Source: Synechococcus sp. (GTDB taxonomy: Bacteria; Cyanobacteriota; Cyanobacteriia; PCC-6307; Cyanobiaceae). From it: a stretch of 64,000 nt of DNA. Below the pieces are notes generated by a model, which was not told where the DNA came from, made no database searches, and saw nothing but the letters and a program-made list of their open reading frames with translations. The stretch's first letter is position 1. Each line of letters begins with the position of its first letter. Below, one piece after another: positions 33,789-43,636 of the stretch. The position numbers and the translations under genes were made by a program. The stretch is from NCBI GenBank assembly GCA_047285305.1, contig JBJBDL010000003.1:1184001-1248000 (forward strand), read 5' to 3'.

Positions 33789-34784
33789 GTGTCCGACGAC
33801 GGCGAACGCGGCCGTTTCGTTCTCGACCTGCCTGATCCCGATGCTGCACTGGCCCTGGCCGGTGAAGCGGAAACAACCCTGCATCGCATGGAAGCTCTGA
33901 CAGGAGCCTCCATGGTTTTGCGGGGTCTTCAACTGGTGATCACCGGGCGGCCAACGCAGATTGAGAGGGCTGCTGCGGTTGTCGAATTGGTGCGCCCGAT
34001 CTGGCAGGACGGTCAGTCGGTGTCACCGGTGGACCTCCAGTCGGCGCTGGGAGCGCTCAACACCGGCCGCGGCGATGACCACGCCGCCATGGGCGAGCAG
34101 GTTTTGGCGAAGAGTCAGAAGGGCAACCTGCTGCGCCCGCGCACCCTGCGCCAGAAGAAGTACGTGGATGCCATGGAGCGACACGACCTCACCTTTGCCC
34201 TCGGTCCTGCCGGCACGGGCAAAACCTTCCTTGCCACCGTTCTCGCGGTTCGGATGCTCACCGAACGCAAGGTGGAGCGCTTGATTCTCACCCGGCCGGC
34301 TGTCGAAGCCGGGGAGCGTCTGGGGTTCCTGCCGGGCGACCTGCAGCAGAAGGTGGACCCCTATCTGCGTCCGCTCTATGACGCTTTGCATTCCCTGCTC
34401 GGCGCGGAGAAAACCACTGTGCTGTTGGAGAAGGGCGTGATCGAGGTCGCTCCCCTGGCCTATATGCGTGGCCGCACCCTGAGCGATGCCTTTGTGATTC
34501 TGGATGAGGCGCAGAACACCACGCCGGCTCAGATGCGCATGGTGCTCACCCGCCTGGGAGAGCGTTCGCGAATGGTCGTGACCGGAGACATCACCCAGGT
34601 GGATCTTCCTTCCACCGTGCAGAGCGGTTTGGTGGAGGCGTCCGAGGTGTTGGAGGGCGTTGAAGGGGTTGCGGTCTGTCGCCTCACCGCTGCGGATGTG
34701 GTGCGTCATCCCCTCGTACAGCGGGTGGTGGAGGCCTATGCCAGACGGGACGAGCGCAAAATGCCCAAAGTTCAACGGAGATAG
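33789..34784 (+). CDS. phoH: PhoH-like ATPase
   Basis: GPAGTGKT, RPAVEAGE.LGFLPG, YMRGRT, DEAQN, VVRH. Confidence 0.95.
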   Translation: MSDDGERGRFVLDLPDPDAALALAGEAETTLHRMEALTGASMVLRGLQLVITGRPTQIERAAAVVELVRPIWQDGQSVSPVDLQSALGALNTGRGDDHAAMGEQVLAKSQKGNLLRPRTLRQKKYVDAMERHDLTFALGPAGTGKTFLATVLAVRMLTERKVERLILTRPAVEAGERLGFLPGDLQQKVDPYLRPLYDALHSLLGAEKTTVLLEKGVIEVAPLAYMRGRTLSDAFVILDEAQNTTPAQMRMVLTRLGERSRMVVTGDITQVDLPSTVQSGLVEASEVLEGVEGVAVCRLTAADVVRHPLVQRVVEAYARRDERKMPKVQRR

Positions 34785-34852
34785 GGAGATCCACACCCCA
34801 ATCCCTTGTCACCGCTGGCAGGATGTGATGAATCTTTGGTGACCTGGTCGAC

Positions 34853-35584
34853 ATGCCAGCAAGCAGCAATTTCCAGGAGGCGATCCGCGAGGCGCAGTCG
34901 AGCGCCCTCGTCGGCCCCAACGTCGTCAACAAAGCGCTGCCCTACGTCGGCGGCGGCATGGTTCTCACTTCAATCGGGGTGATCGGTGGTCTCTCGATGA
35001 TGGCCACACCGCTGTTCATGCCCCTGTTCTGGGTGGCTGTGATCGGCAATCTTGTGCTGTTCTTTGTGGCGCAGAACGTCGCCTTGAAGGGCAACAACGC
35101 CACAGCCTTGCCGCTGCTGTCCATCTATAGCCTGATCACCGGCTTTACCCTGAGTGGTCTCGTGGCTTTGGCGGGAGCCGTTGCTGGTGTGGGTGCGGTC
35201 GGTACCGCTGCACTGGCTACCGGCATCACCTTCGTGATTGCCTCGATCGTTGGCCGTCGCATGAGCGATTCAGTTGGCCAGGCGCTCTCTGGAGTGGTGG
35301 GTCTTGGATTGATCGGCCTGATTCTGGCGATGGTCGTCCAGTTCATCGGCGGCATCTTTGCTCCCACCATGTTCCACGGCACCAGTTTTGAGCTGATGAT
35401 CGCCGGCTTTGGCACCGTGCTCTTCGTGGGAGCCGCCTTCGTCGACTTCTACACGATGCCCCGCTCCTACCGGGATGACCAATACCTGGCAGGTGCCCTG
35501 AGCATGTACCTCACCTACATCAACCTGTTCATCTTCATCCTTCGCCTCATCATCGTGCTCAACGGTGGTGGTCGTCGCGACTGA
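34853..35584 (+). CDS. Bax inhibitor-1/YccA family membrane protein
   Basis: About seven hydrophobic segments; C-terminal ALSMYLTYINLF. Confidence 0.85.
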   Translation: MPASSNFQEAIREAQSSALVGPNVVNKALPYVGGGMVLTSIGVIGGLSMMATPLFMPLFWVAVIGNLVLFFVAQNVALKGNNATALPLLSIYSLITGFTLSGLVALAGAVAGVGAVGTAALATGITFVIASIVGRRMSDSVGQALSGVVGLGLIGLILAMVVQFIGGIFAPTMFHGTSFELMIAGFGTVLFVGAAFVDFYTMPRSYRDDQYLAGALSMYLTYINLFIFILRLIIVLNGGGRRD

Positions 35585-35612
35585 CGATTTCAACCCCATC
35601 GAATCAGGCTTC

Positions 35613-35637
35613 GCCCCGGCTTTTCCGGGGTTTTTTT
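35613..35637 (+). terminator. Intrinsic terminator
   Basis: GCCCCGG-CTTTT-CCGGGGT hairpin followed by a T run, after the BI-1 stop. Confidence 0.85.
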
Positions 35638-35642
35638 GTAAT

Positions 35643-36164
35643 TCAGCCCTCAGCCACGGCATAGACGCTGTCTCCAATGGCTTGTTTCTGCTCGGCGTCG
35701 TACCCCCACTTCTCCAGGAAGGCGACGTCCTCACCGCGGTTGTCGAGGGCTGCGGCCAGCAGTTGCTCTAGGCGCTCCTTCACCTCCGCTGGTTCCAGCA
35801 GCCTGAGCAGTTCGATGCAGCGGCTGCTGACCCGCTCCGAGCCGGCCTGCTGGGCCTCATCTCCCGTGCGCCGGTGATGCACGGTCATGGCGGTGCTCAT
35901 GGCCAGATTGCGGACGCTCAGATCCACAACGCCAGCCCCGGCGCCGCGCAGTTGACCCACGACGGCATCGGGCAAACGATCCATCAGCACGCTCTCGCCC
36001 GCCAGGCTCACCACGAAAAATCCCCGGGCACCATCGCGGCTGGCCACCATTTCACCGATGCGGTCGGCCAGCACCTCATCGCTGATCTCCTCGTTGTCCC
36101 ACTGTTGCAGCCAGGCCGCTGTGATTTCCATGGCCTGCTGGAAGGTGGGCTGCTGATCCGCCAT
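35643..36164 (-). CDS. Conserved cyanobacterial hypothetical protein
   Basis: FQQAM, GARGFFV, NLAMSTAM, WGYDAEQ; start at MADQQ. Confidence 0.75.
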   Translation of the reverse strand: MADQQPTFQQAMEITAAWLQQWDNEEISDEVLADRIGEMVASRDGARGFFVVSLAGESVLMDRLPDAVVGQLRGAGAGVVDLSVRNLAMSTAMTVHHRRTGDEAQQAGSERVSSRCIELLRLLEPAEVKERLEQLLAAALDNRGEDVAFLEKWGYDAEQKQAIGDSVYAVAEG

Positions 36165-36226
36165 GGACCTGTTCAATTCCTGCCCTAAGGCTATGGGTCG
36201 ATTCAACGGCGGCGCAGACTTAGAGC

Positions 36227-37162
36227 ATGCATGCAACTCCCCTGCCAGAGGATTACCGCTCTGGCTTCATCGCACTGATCGGTCGCCCGAACGTGGGCAA
36301 ATCCACGCTGGTGAATCAGCTGGTGGGGGAAAAGGTGGCGATCACATCGCCCGTGGCCCAGACCACCCGCAACCGCCTTCGGGCAATCCTCACCACGGAG
36401 GTTGCCCAGATGGTGCTGGTGGACACGCCTGGTATTCACAAACCCCACCACTTGCTGGGGGAACGGCTCGTGAAGAGTGCGCGCAGCGCCATCGGTGAAG
36501 TGGACCTAGTGGTCTTGCTGTTGGAGGGGTGCGAGCGCCCGGGGCGCGGTGATGCCTTCATCGTGAATCTGCTGCAGCAGCAGTCCCTGCCGGTGCTGGT
36601 GGCCCTGAACAAGTGGGACAAGCTGGCGGAGGAGCGCCGCTCTGAAGCGGAAGAGGCCTATGCCGCCCTGCTGCAGGAGACGAATTGGCCGGTGCACCGC
36701 TGCAGCGCCCTCTCAGGCGACGGCTGCGCAGAGCTCACAGCAGCGATGGCGGCTCAGTTGCCCTTGGGGCCACAGTTGTATCCGCCCGAGATGGTCAGTG
36801 ATCAACCGGAGCGGGTGCTGCTGGGGGAACTTATTCGCGAGCAGGTGCTTCTGCATACGCGGGAGGAGGTGCCCCACAGTGTTGCCGTCACCATTGATCG
36901 AGTTGAGGAGTTGCCGGTCAAGGGCAAGGGTGCAGGTCGGACGGCTGTCTTGGCTACGGTGCTGGTGGAACGGAAGAGTCAGAAAGGGATACTGATCGGC
37001 AAAGGCGGGGCGATGCTCAAGACGATCGGCCAGGGGGCGCGGCTGCAGATGCAGGTGCTGATTGATGGCCCGGTGTATTTGGAGCTGTTCGTCAAGGTGG
37101 TGCCTGATTGGCGCAGCAAACCGGCCCGCTTGGCGGAGCTGGGTTACACAGGGGATCAATAA
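36227..37162 (+). CDS. era: GTPase Era
   Basis: GRPNVGKST, QTTR, DTPG, NKWD, KH domain IGKGG. Confidence 0.97.
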   Translation: MHATPLPEDYRSGFIALIGRPNVGKSTLVNQLVGEKVAITSPVAQTTRNRLRAILTTEVAQMVLVDTPGIHKPHHLLGERLVKSARSAIGEVDLVVLLLEGCERPGRGDAFIVNLLQQQSLPVLVALNKWDKLAEERRSEAEEAYAALLQETNWPVHRCSALSGDGCAELTAAMAAQLPLGPQLYPPEMVSDQPERVLLGELIREQVLLHTREEVPHSVAVTIDRVEELPVKGKGAGRTAVLATVLVERKSQKGILIGKGGAMLKTIGQGARLQMQVLIDGPVYLELFVKVVPDWRSKPARLAELGYTGDQ

Positions 37163-37199
37163 CAAGAAATGCCTGACCCACTGCTGAGAGGATGGGTGC

Positions 37200-37661
37200 A
37201 TGAGTGAACAAGCCTTTCCCCCGGAAGACCCTGGTTCCTTTCTGAGCCTCTGTGACGGGGAGTGGATGAGCCTTCGCAGTTGCTTTGAGCTGGCTGCCGG
37301 TGGTGATGACGAGTGGCACAGCAGCGAACGGGGTGAACTCACCGTCCGCTGCGTGAGCGAGCAGGGGGCTCTCGGCCAACTGCAGGTGCAGGCCCCTGGT
37401 GGAACCAGTAGCACCCTCACCTTTGCCGCTGATGGACAGCTGATCCTCGATGGTGATTCTCCAGGTAACTGGAGGTTCTGGCCTGACGGCAGCATGGAGC
37501 TGAACCTCAGCCGGGCTGACGGCGTGCAGGTTCAGGAGCGGATCTGGTTCACGCGGGCGAACCTGCGCCTGCGCAGCACCACGGCGGTGGATGCCCAAGG
37601 AACACCAGTGCAGGGCAGTTTCTGCACGGATATCCGCAGGGTGTCCAAACCCGCGGCCTGA
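37200..37661 (+). CDS. CpcS/CpeS-type phycobiliprotein lyase-like protein
   Basis: F...GEWMSLRS N-terminus, ERIWF...NLRLR, SFCTDIRR. Confidence 0.75.
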   Translation: MSEQAFPPEDPGSFLSLCDGEWMSLRSCFELAAGGDDEWHSSERGELTVRCVSEQGALGQLQVQAPGGTSSTLTFAADGQLILDGDSPGNWRFWPDGSMELNLSRADGVQVQERIWFTRANLRLRSTTAVDAQGTPVQGSFCTDIRRVSKPAA

Positions 37662-37667
37662 GGCGGC

Positions 37668-38873
37668 ATGGCGCCCTACCGCCTTGATGTGGTGAGCCTG
37701 GCGCCGCAGGCGTTTGCTCCTCTGCTGGAGCTGGGGGTGATCGGTCGTGCCTTCAACGCGGGCATCGCCGAGTTGCATCTGCATAACCCGAGGGACTTCG
37801 CCACGGATCGCCATCGCAAGGTGGACGACGAGCCCTACGGGGGCGGTGCCGGCATGGTGCTTAAGCCCGAGCCGGTGTTCGCCGCGATGGAGGCGATTCC
37901 ACGCAGTCCTCGCAGCCGGGTGCTGTTGATGTCACCGCAGGGGCGCCCCCTGCAGCAGGCAGATCTGCAGCGTTGGTCCAATGACCACGATCAACTGGTC
38001 TTCCTCTGCGGTCACTACGAGGGCTTCGACGAGCGGATTCGCGGCCTGGCCGATGAGGAGGTGTCGATGGGTGATTTCGTCCTCACCGGTGGTGAGCTGC
38101 CAGCGATGACGGTGATCAACGGTGTTGTGCGCCTGCTGCCCGGAACGGTGGGGACGGCCGATTCCCTGGTGGAGGAAAGCCACAGTGCACTCCTCCTGGA
38201 ACACCCGCATTACACCCGCCCCGCCGACTTCCGCGGCATGACCGTTCCGGATGTGCTGCGCAGTGGCGACCACGGTGCCATCGCCCGGTGGCGCCAGGAG
38301 CAGCGGGAGCAGCGCACCCGCGAGCGGCGGCCCGATCTATTTACCCGCTGGCAGACCGCGACAATGAATGACCCTTCAGATCCCGGCATGGAGCTGCGCA
38401 TCGGCAACGGATACGACATCCATCGGCTGGTGCCCGGACGGGCCCTCATCCTGGGGGGTGTGACCCTGGACCACCCTGATGGTCTTGGGCTGGATGGCCA
38501 CAGCGATGCAGATGTGCTGGTGCATGCGGTGATGGATGCGTTGCTCGGGGCTCTCGCCCTCGGTGACATCGGTAAGTACTTCCCCCCCACCGATCCCCAA
38601 TGGAAAGGCGCCAACAGCTTGAAGCTGCTGGATCAAGTGGTGAAGCTGGTGAAGGAGCGAGGCTGGTCGGTGGTGAACATTGATGCGGTAGTGATTGCTG
38701 AGCGCCCCAAACTCAAGCCGCATATCGCCGAGATGAGCAGCCGGATGGCGTCAGCGATCGGCATTGCCCCCGATGCCGTGGGTGTGAAGGCCACCACCAA
38801 CGAAGGCTTGGGTCCGGAGGGACGGGAAGAGGGCATCAGTTGCCAGGCTGTGGCTCTGCTGCAGCGGAGCTGA
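37668..38873 (+). CDS. trmD-ispF: Fused tRNA (guanine-N1)-methyltransferase TrmD / MEcPP synthase IspF
   Basis: Trm[30 protein letters not shown]. IspF from [27 protein letters not shown]. No stop between them. Confidence 0.93.
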   Translation: MAPYRLDVVSLAPQAFAPLLELGVIGRAFNAGIAELHLHNPRDFATDRHRKVDDEPYGGGAGMVLKPEPVFAAMEAIPRSPRSRVLLMSPQGRPLQQADLQRWSNDHDQLVFLCGHYEGFDERIRGLADEEVSMGDFVLTGGELPAMTVINGVVRLLPGTVGTADSLVEESHSALLLEHPHYTRPADFRGMTVPDVLRSGDHGAIARWRQEQREQRTRERRPDLFTRWQTATMNDPSDPGMELRIGNGYDIHRLVPGRALILGGVTLDHPDGLGLDGHSDADVLVHAVMDALLGALALGDIGKYFPPTDPQWKGANSLKLLDQVVKLVKERGWSVVNIDAVVIAERPKLKPHIAEMSSRMASAIGIAPDAVGVKATTNEGLGPEGREEGISCQAVALLQRS

Positions 38874-38876
38874 ACT

Positions 38877-39317
38877 ATGTATCACCTCCGGTCTGTACTG
38901 CTTAGGGTCATCGCACCTTGTTTGGCGCTGGTTCTCTTGTTGGGCGGGCTTTCGGAGACAGAGGTGCGGGCAGAGTCCGACCCGACGCTTGGTGAGGTGG
39001 TGGCTGTAGTGGAGCACCTGCGGCTGCAGGTACCCCGGGAGAGCCGTGAGCAGTGGATGGCGGCGGAACGAGGCAGCTGGGAGCCTTGGTTGAAGCAACA
39101 GCCGGGTTTTCTGGGCCGTGATCTGTTTTGGGATCCGGTAACCGAAGAGGGAACTCTGCTGATTCGTTGGAGCAGTCGTAAGGCATGGAAATCGATCTCC
39201 ATGGCCGAGGTGGAGAAGGTCCAGGAGCGCTTCGAGACCTTGGCCCGCGAGCAAACAGGCCAGCGCCATGGCAACCCGTTCCCGCTGGTATTTGAAGGGG
39301 AACTGTTGCCGCAGTGA
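38877..39317 (+). CDS. TIGR03792-like (ABM fold) protein
   Basis: VVEHLRL, WEPWL.QQPGFLGR, IRWSSR..WKSI. Confidence 0.7.
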   Translation: MYHLRSVLLRVIAPCLALVLLLGGLSETEVRAESDPTLGEVVAVVEHLRLQVPRESREQWMAAERGSWEPWLKQQPGFLGRDLFWDPVTEEGTLLIRWSSRKAWKSISMAEVEKVQERFETLAREQTGQRHGNPFPLVFEGELLPQ

Positions 39318-39988
39318 CCACGCCGGATGCTCGCCTCGATCTGCGGCGCCGTCAGCGCTTGGGCATGGTCGAGGCCGTGTGGGGAGAACACAAGACAGCC
39401 GATCAGATCATCGCGATCCTCGAGAGCTTCTCCGCAGCAGGGGAACTGGGTCTGGTGACCCGGGTGGCTCCCGAAAAGGCGGCACGGGTTTGTGAGGCGT
39501 TGCCGGCGGTGGAGCTGCATGCCGATGCTCGCTGCCTCACCCTGGGTGCACTGCCTCCTGTGCCTGCGCCACCGGCTGCGGTGGTGGTGCTAAGCGGAGG
39601 CAGTAGTGATCGCACGGTGGTGGCGGAGATCAGCTTGGCCCTGCGTTGCCATGGCATCGGCGTGGATCCTGTGATGGATGTGGGGGTGGCTGGATTGCAC
39701 CGTCTGCTCGATCAACTGCCCCGTCTGGCATCGGCGCGGATCCTGATCGCCTGCGCCGGAATGGAGGGTGCGTTGCCGACGGTGCTGGCTGGTCTGGTGC
39801 CGCAACCCGTGATCGGCGTCCCGGTCTCGGTTGGTTATGGAATCAGCGCAGGGGGACGAACTGCTCTGGAAGGAATGCTTGCCAGCTGTGCTCCAGGCCT
39901 GACGGTGGTGAATATCGACAACGGCTATGGCGCAGCCATGGCTGCATTACGGATGCTAAGGGGCTGTGCCCCGGGCGCTTCAAGCTGA
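39314..39988 (+). CDS. larB: LarB/CpmA family PurE-like protein
   Basis: D..RR.RLG..EAVWG..K, DVGVAGLHRL, AGMEGALP, VNIDNGYGAA. Confidence 0.88.
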   Translation: MTTPDARLDLRRRQRLGMVEAVWGEHKTADQIIAILESFSAAGELGLVTRVAPEKAARVCEALPAVELHADARCLTLGALPPVPAPPAAVVVLSGGSSDRTVVAEISLALRCHGIGVDPVMDVGVAGLHRLLDQLPRLASARILIACAGMEGALPTVLAGLVPQPVIGVPVSVGYGISAGGRTALEGMLASCAPGLTVVNIDNGYGAAMAALRMLRGCAPGASS

Positions 39989-39992
39989 CGCT

Positions 39993-40130
39993 TCAAGCCG
40001 CAGCGGAAGGATCGATCTTGCCGAGACGCTGCAGCTCAGCGCTGTTGTGATCGCACTCCACCTGCTGAAGCGCATGCACAAGAGCATCCAGATCAGCCCG
40101 CGCCAGCTCACCGTCCTGTTGCCATTGCAT
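39993..40130 (-). CDS. Small hypothetical protein, 45 aa (MQWQQDGELARADLDALVHALQQVECDHNSAELQRLGKIDPSAAA)
   Basis: ATG..TGA frame read by hand; G/C-ending codons; amphipathic helix; fits the gap without overlapping larB; below the ORF-track cutoff. Confidence 0.65.
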   Translation of the reverse strand: MQWQQDGELARADLDALVHALQQVECDHNSAELQRLGKIDPSAAA

Positions 40131-40247
40131 GGACCGGGGGTCGGGAGCCAACGCTGGAGGTGCGCAATCTGATCAACCAATTTAGGCCTGATCGCTGGGA
40201 AGAAATACTCAGAAAACCTGTAGATGAGCCATGAGGGGTCTGGCTTC

Positions 40248-41207
40248 TCAGAGGTGTTGGAGGTTGGGGTAGGCCGTCACCATGTCGTTGGCGCTCAGCA
40301 CATCTCCGCGGCCTTCCGGTTGCCAAATCACTTCCAGGGCCATGAGTTCACTGGAGGCTGTGGAACCAAGAATGCGCAGGGTCTGGCGCAGATCTTCTCC
40401 GGTGTCGGCTCCGGCGAGCTTGGTCGATGCCGTGGAGGCCACCAGTAAGGTCACAACTATGAATTCGTTGGTGGCATCAGCGTCTCCAGCGCTGCTGCTC
40501 GTGTCCGTTGTTCGCTGTCCTCCGACGTTGCTGGTGAGCTCAGCGTCCAGCTTGCTGCGCTCGTTCATCGAGAGCCGATTGAACGTCGATTCAGCCGAAC
40601 TGAAGGGAACACTGCCGCTCTCGGCATTGGCGTAGACCCAGAGGTCCGGTTGGCGCAGCAGTGCCAGGGTTGTCTCCTGCAGCAGCCTTTGCAGACCGGC
40701 GGAACTGCTGGTGTCCGAGGAGGAGGCCAAGGAGCGCAGATCCTCTTGTAGGGATTTGGCACTGGCCAGCAGGCCCACCTGCACCTGAATCATGTTCACA
40801 TTGCGCGGCATGACTGGAGCCGCAGCAGCACCACCGATCGAGGGGGCATTGCTAACGCCACGAAGGGCGTTCACCAGCATGCCTGCTACCGCCATAAGGA
40901 TCAGCAGACCAAACAGTCCACCACCACCGAAGCCGAAGATGGGAATGAGGAAGGGGAAACCCATCCCGCTGCCGCGGTAGCCCCCCCCGCGGTAGCCACC
41001 GCCGTAACTGCCCCCCCCGTAGCTGCCACCGGATCGCGGCATTGAGGGAGCACGGAAACTGCCCCCTCCCATGCGCCCACCTCGGGCGGCATCAGCTGGC
41101 TGTGCCTGGAACAGGCAGAGCCCGACGATCACCAGCGGCAACAATATTGATGCGAGCAGTCGTCGGGATCGTGTCAACAGTCGGGGAGTGGCCACAGCAG
41201 CGCCCAC
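40248..41207 (-). CDS. DUF1517 family membrane protein
   Basis: Signal/TM, GGRMGGGSF Gly-rich region, QVGLLA, LALLR.P, EVIWQP, YPNL. Confidence 0.88.
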   Translation of the reverse strand: MGAAVATPRLLTRSRRLLASILLPLVIVGLCLFQAQPADAARGGRMGGGSFRAPSMPRSGGSYGGGSYGGGYRGGGYRGSGMGFPFLIPIFGFGGGGLFGLLILMAVAGMLVNALRGVSNAPSIGGAAAAPVMPRNVNMIQVQVGLLASAKSLQEDLRSLASSSDTSSSAGLQRLLQETTLALLRQPDLWVYANAESGSVPFSSAESTFNRLSMNERSKLDAELTSNVGGQRTTDTSSSAGDADATNEFIVVTLLVASTASTKLAGADTGEDLRQTLRILGSTASSELMALEVIWQPEGRGDVLSANDMVTAYPNLQHL

Positions 41208-41225
41208 AGCATTGATCTGGTGACT

Positions 41226-41444
41226 CTAGGAACCACCACCAACGATGGTGACGATCTCAAGGGTGTCGTCATCCTTCACCACGATGCTGTCCCAGCGGCT
41301 GCGGGGTGCGATCACGCCGTTGTGCTCTGCGACCACCAGTTGGGGGTTGTTGGCGAGCAAGGCGACAACAGCCCCAAGGCTGGCGGGGTCCGGTGCTGGA
41401 TCCAGCACGCGGGTTATACCGTTGACTATCAGGGTGAGAGGCAT
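41226..41444 (-). CDS. thiS: Sulfur carrier protein ThiS
   Basis: VNG, VAEHNG, LEIVTIVGGG; follows thiE. Confidence 0.93.
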   Translation of the reverse strand: MPLTLIVNGITRVLDPAPDPASLGAVVALLANNPQLVVAEHNGVIAPRSRWDSIVVKDDDTLEIVTIVGGGS

Positions 41445-41447
41445 GGC

Positions 41448-42506
41448 TCAGAACGAGGCGTAGTCCAGCTGCTGGAGCAGTTGCCGCGAGGCCAGACCGC
41501 TGTCATCTGCGTGCATGATCGCGCCGATCACGGCCACGCGCTGCCCCCCTGCCGTGAGTAGTGCCGGCAGATTGGCCGGGGTGATTCCACCGATTGCGAA
41601 GACGGCGCATTGGCTGATCGCAGTGGCCTGCGCCAGGAGCTCCACACCAACAGGGTCCCGCTCGGGTTTGACGGCCGTGGAGTGGATCGGGCCGAAGCCG
41701 AGATAATCGACCGGCTCCTGCTGAGCCTGATGAACCTGCTCGATGCTGTGGGTGCTCCGGCCCAGCAGACGATCGGAACCCAGTAGATCGCGGGCCACCT
41801 CGCTTGGCATGTCCTCCTGACCCAGGTGCACCCCATCCGCATCCACCGCTAGGGCAATGTCCACACGGTCGTTGATGAACAAGAGCGCCCCGAAGCGTGT
41901 GCAGAGCTGCCTGAGCTGCTGAGCCTCCCGCAGGCGTTCGCGGTCGTTCCCCGCTTTGCAGCGGTACTGCACCATCCCAACGCCGTTCCGCAGGGCCGCC
42001 TCCACCCGATCGGTCAGGTCATCGCAGGTGGTAGTGATCAGGCAAAGGCGAGCGTCCTTGAGCTTGTTGCGTCGCCTCGCTCCCAGGGTGGCGTTGAGAC
42101 AGGTCACCTCCAGGTCGTAAAGCCCGTAGCGGATCGCTGCGGCTTCAGCGGCCAGCGCAGGATCGATGGTGCGGCCGTACTCCTCCAGGACACGCAACGC
42201 CTCCTGCACCCGAGCGCAGTTGGCCGCCACCACGTGGTCGGGGCTATGGCGATCGAGCTGGGCCGGATGCTCCAATCCGGCGCCGGTGTCGGTGCTGGTG
42301 GAGCGGGCCTGCTTGTAGCTGTCGTGATGCAGTCGCCCCAGACGTTGACGCCAGTCTTTAAGACGCACCACCAGATCCTGTTGCTCCAGCCCAAAGCGGC
42401 ACCAGTCCTCGACCACCCTCAGGCCTTCCCGTGCACGGTCGAGGTTGGCGTCGATCAGTCGTGCCACCCGTGGATCCAGGGATGTCTCGCTTGGGGTTGG
42501 ATTCAT
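41448..42506 (-). CDS. thiE: Thiamine-phosphate synthase with N-terminal ThiD2 domain
   Basis: RLIDANLDRAREGLRV (ThiD2); QYR.K, INDR, GVHLGQED, AIGGI. Confidence 0.95.
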   Translation of the reverse strand: MNPTPSETSLDPRVARLIDANLDRAREGLRVVEDWCRFGLEQQDLVVRLKDWRQRLGRLHHDSYKQARSTSTDTGAGLEHPAQLDRHSPDHVVAANCARVQEALRVLEEYGRTIDPALAAEAAAIRYGLYDLEVTCLNATLGARRRNKLKDARLCLITTTCDDLTDRVEAALRNGVGMVQYRCKAGNDRERLREAQQLRQLCTRFGALLFINDRVDIALAVDADGVHLGQEDMPSEVARDLLGSDRLLGRSTHSIEQVHQAQQEPVDYLGFGPIHSTAVKPERDPVGVELLAQATAISQCAVFAIGGITPANLPALLTAGGQRVAVIGAIMHADDSGLASRQLLQQLDYASF

Positions 42507-42539
42507 GGCACGCTGTGGGCAACGGTTTCGGCGTCGGTC

Positions 42540-42659
42540 ATGGAGAACGGTGGTTCTGAGAGCACCATGCACGTTCTTGTCTGGGGAATCGTCCTTCTCG
42601 GCGGCATTGGCGTGTTCATCGTCTGGGGGCTGGTGAATGCCTATCCGACCGTGGCCTGA
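42540..42659 (+). CDS. ndhQ: Probable NDH-1 subunit NdhQ (39 aa, single TM)
   Basis: MENGGSESTMHVLVWGIVLLGGIGVFIVWGLVNAYPTVA matches the recalled NdhQ pattern G[AS][DE]S...LG.I...I.W.L..AY. Confidence 0.65.
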   Translation: MENGGSESTMHVLVWGIVLLGGIGVFIVWGLVNAYPTVA

Positions 42660-43582
42660 GAGCCGGTCTGAAGAATCTCCCGGGCCTGGGCTGCGTCGCG
42701 GCCGATCTGCCTGCTGAGCTCCTCCAGGCCGCTGAATTTGGTCTGGCCGCGCAAGCGCTGCACCGGCTCGACGCCCAGTTGCCGGCCTTCCAGTTCCAGG
42801 CTCTGATCCAGCAGGTGCACCTCCACGGCTGAAGGGGACGTTGGATCGATCGTTGGTTGGGGCCCGAGGTTCATCACGGCCGGTAGCCGATTGCCATCCC
42901 CATCCAGTTGGGCCCAGGCGGCGTAGACGCCAAGGCCTGGCAAGGCCTTACGCCCATCCACCTGGAGATTGGCGGTGGGCCAGCCCAGTTCACGCCCCAG
43001 GCCTCGGCCCCGCACCACCCGTCCCTGAAAGCGGTAGGCCCGGCCGAGCAAGGATTTGGCGGTGGTGAGGTCGGCCTGGTCGAGGGCCGCGCGTATGCGG
43101 CTGCTGCTCATCCGGCCCTCTTGGTCTTCAACGATCGGCACCACCTTCACCTCAACGCCGCTGCGAGCCGCCAGCCGTTCCAGCATCTCGGCGTCACCGC
43201 GGCGCTGATGACCGAAGCGGAAGTTGGTGCCCACGGCAATGCGCCGGGCCTGAAGTGTGTTCAGCAGCACGCTAGTGACGAAGTCCTCCGCACTCAGCTG
43301 AGCGAGCTCGCGGGTGAAGGGCACCAGCACGAGCTGCTGTATCCCCAGGGGTTCGAGCAGGGCGAGTTTTTCGCTGGGTAGATCCAGCCTCAGGCGTGCC
43401 TCCCCGAACAGCACCTCACGGGGATGCGGCCAGAAGCTCACCACCGAGGCAACGGCATCGTCTGGGCTGTCCTGGATGGCCTCGGCGATCACGCGGCGAT
43501 GGCCGGCATGCAGTCCATCGAAACTCCCCAGCGCCAGGGCAGCGGGCCGACGGGCTTCCTCTGGAGAGCAGAGCGGGATCAA
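42641..43582 (-). CDS. ribF: Riboflavin kinase / FAD synthetase
   Basis: GSFDGLHAGH, NFRFG, SSSRIR, GRELGWPTAN, EVH; start estimated (TTG). Confidence 0.95.
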   Translation of the reverse strand: MIPLCSPEEARRPAALALGSFDGLHAGHRRVIAEAIQDSPDDAVASVVSFWPHPREVLFGEARLRLDLPSEKLALLEPLGIQQLVLVPFTRELAQLSAEDFVTSVLLNTLQARRIAVGTNFRFGHQRRGDAEMLERLAARSGVEVKVVPIVEDQEGRMSSSRIRAALDQADLTTAKSLLGRAYRFQGRVVRGRGLGRELGWPTANLQVDGRKALPGLGVYAAWAQLDGDGNRLPAVMNLGPQPTIDPTSPSAVEVHLLDQSLELEGRQLGVEPVQRLRGQTKFSGLEELSRQIGRDAAQAREILQTGSQATVG

Positions 43583-43636
43583 AGAGGTGCAGAAGGTGCG
43601 CTTTGGTGGCAAGTTTGAACGACCGAGCACCAGGGC

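Noticed and set aside
39314..39988. larB as evidence of a lactate racemase system
   Set aside because: No larA, larC or larE is nearby; a stand-alone larB/cpmA is normal in cyanobacteria.
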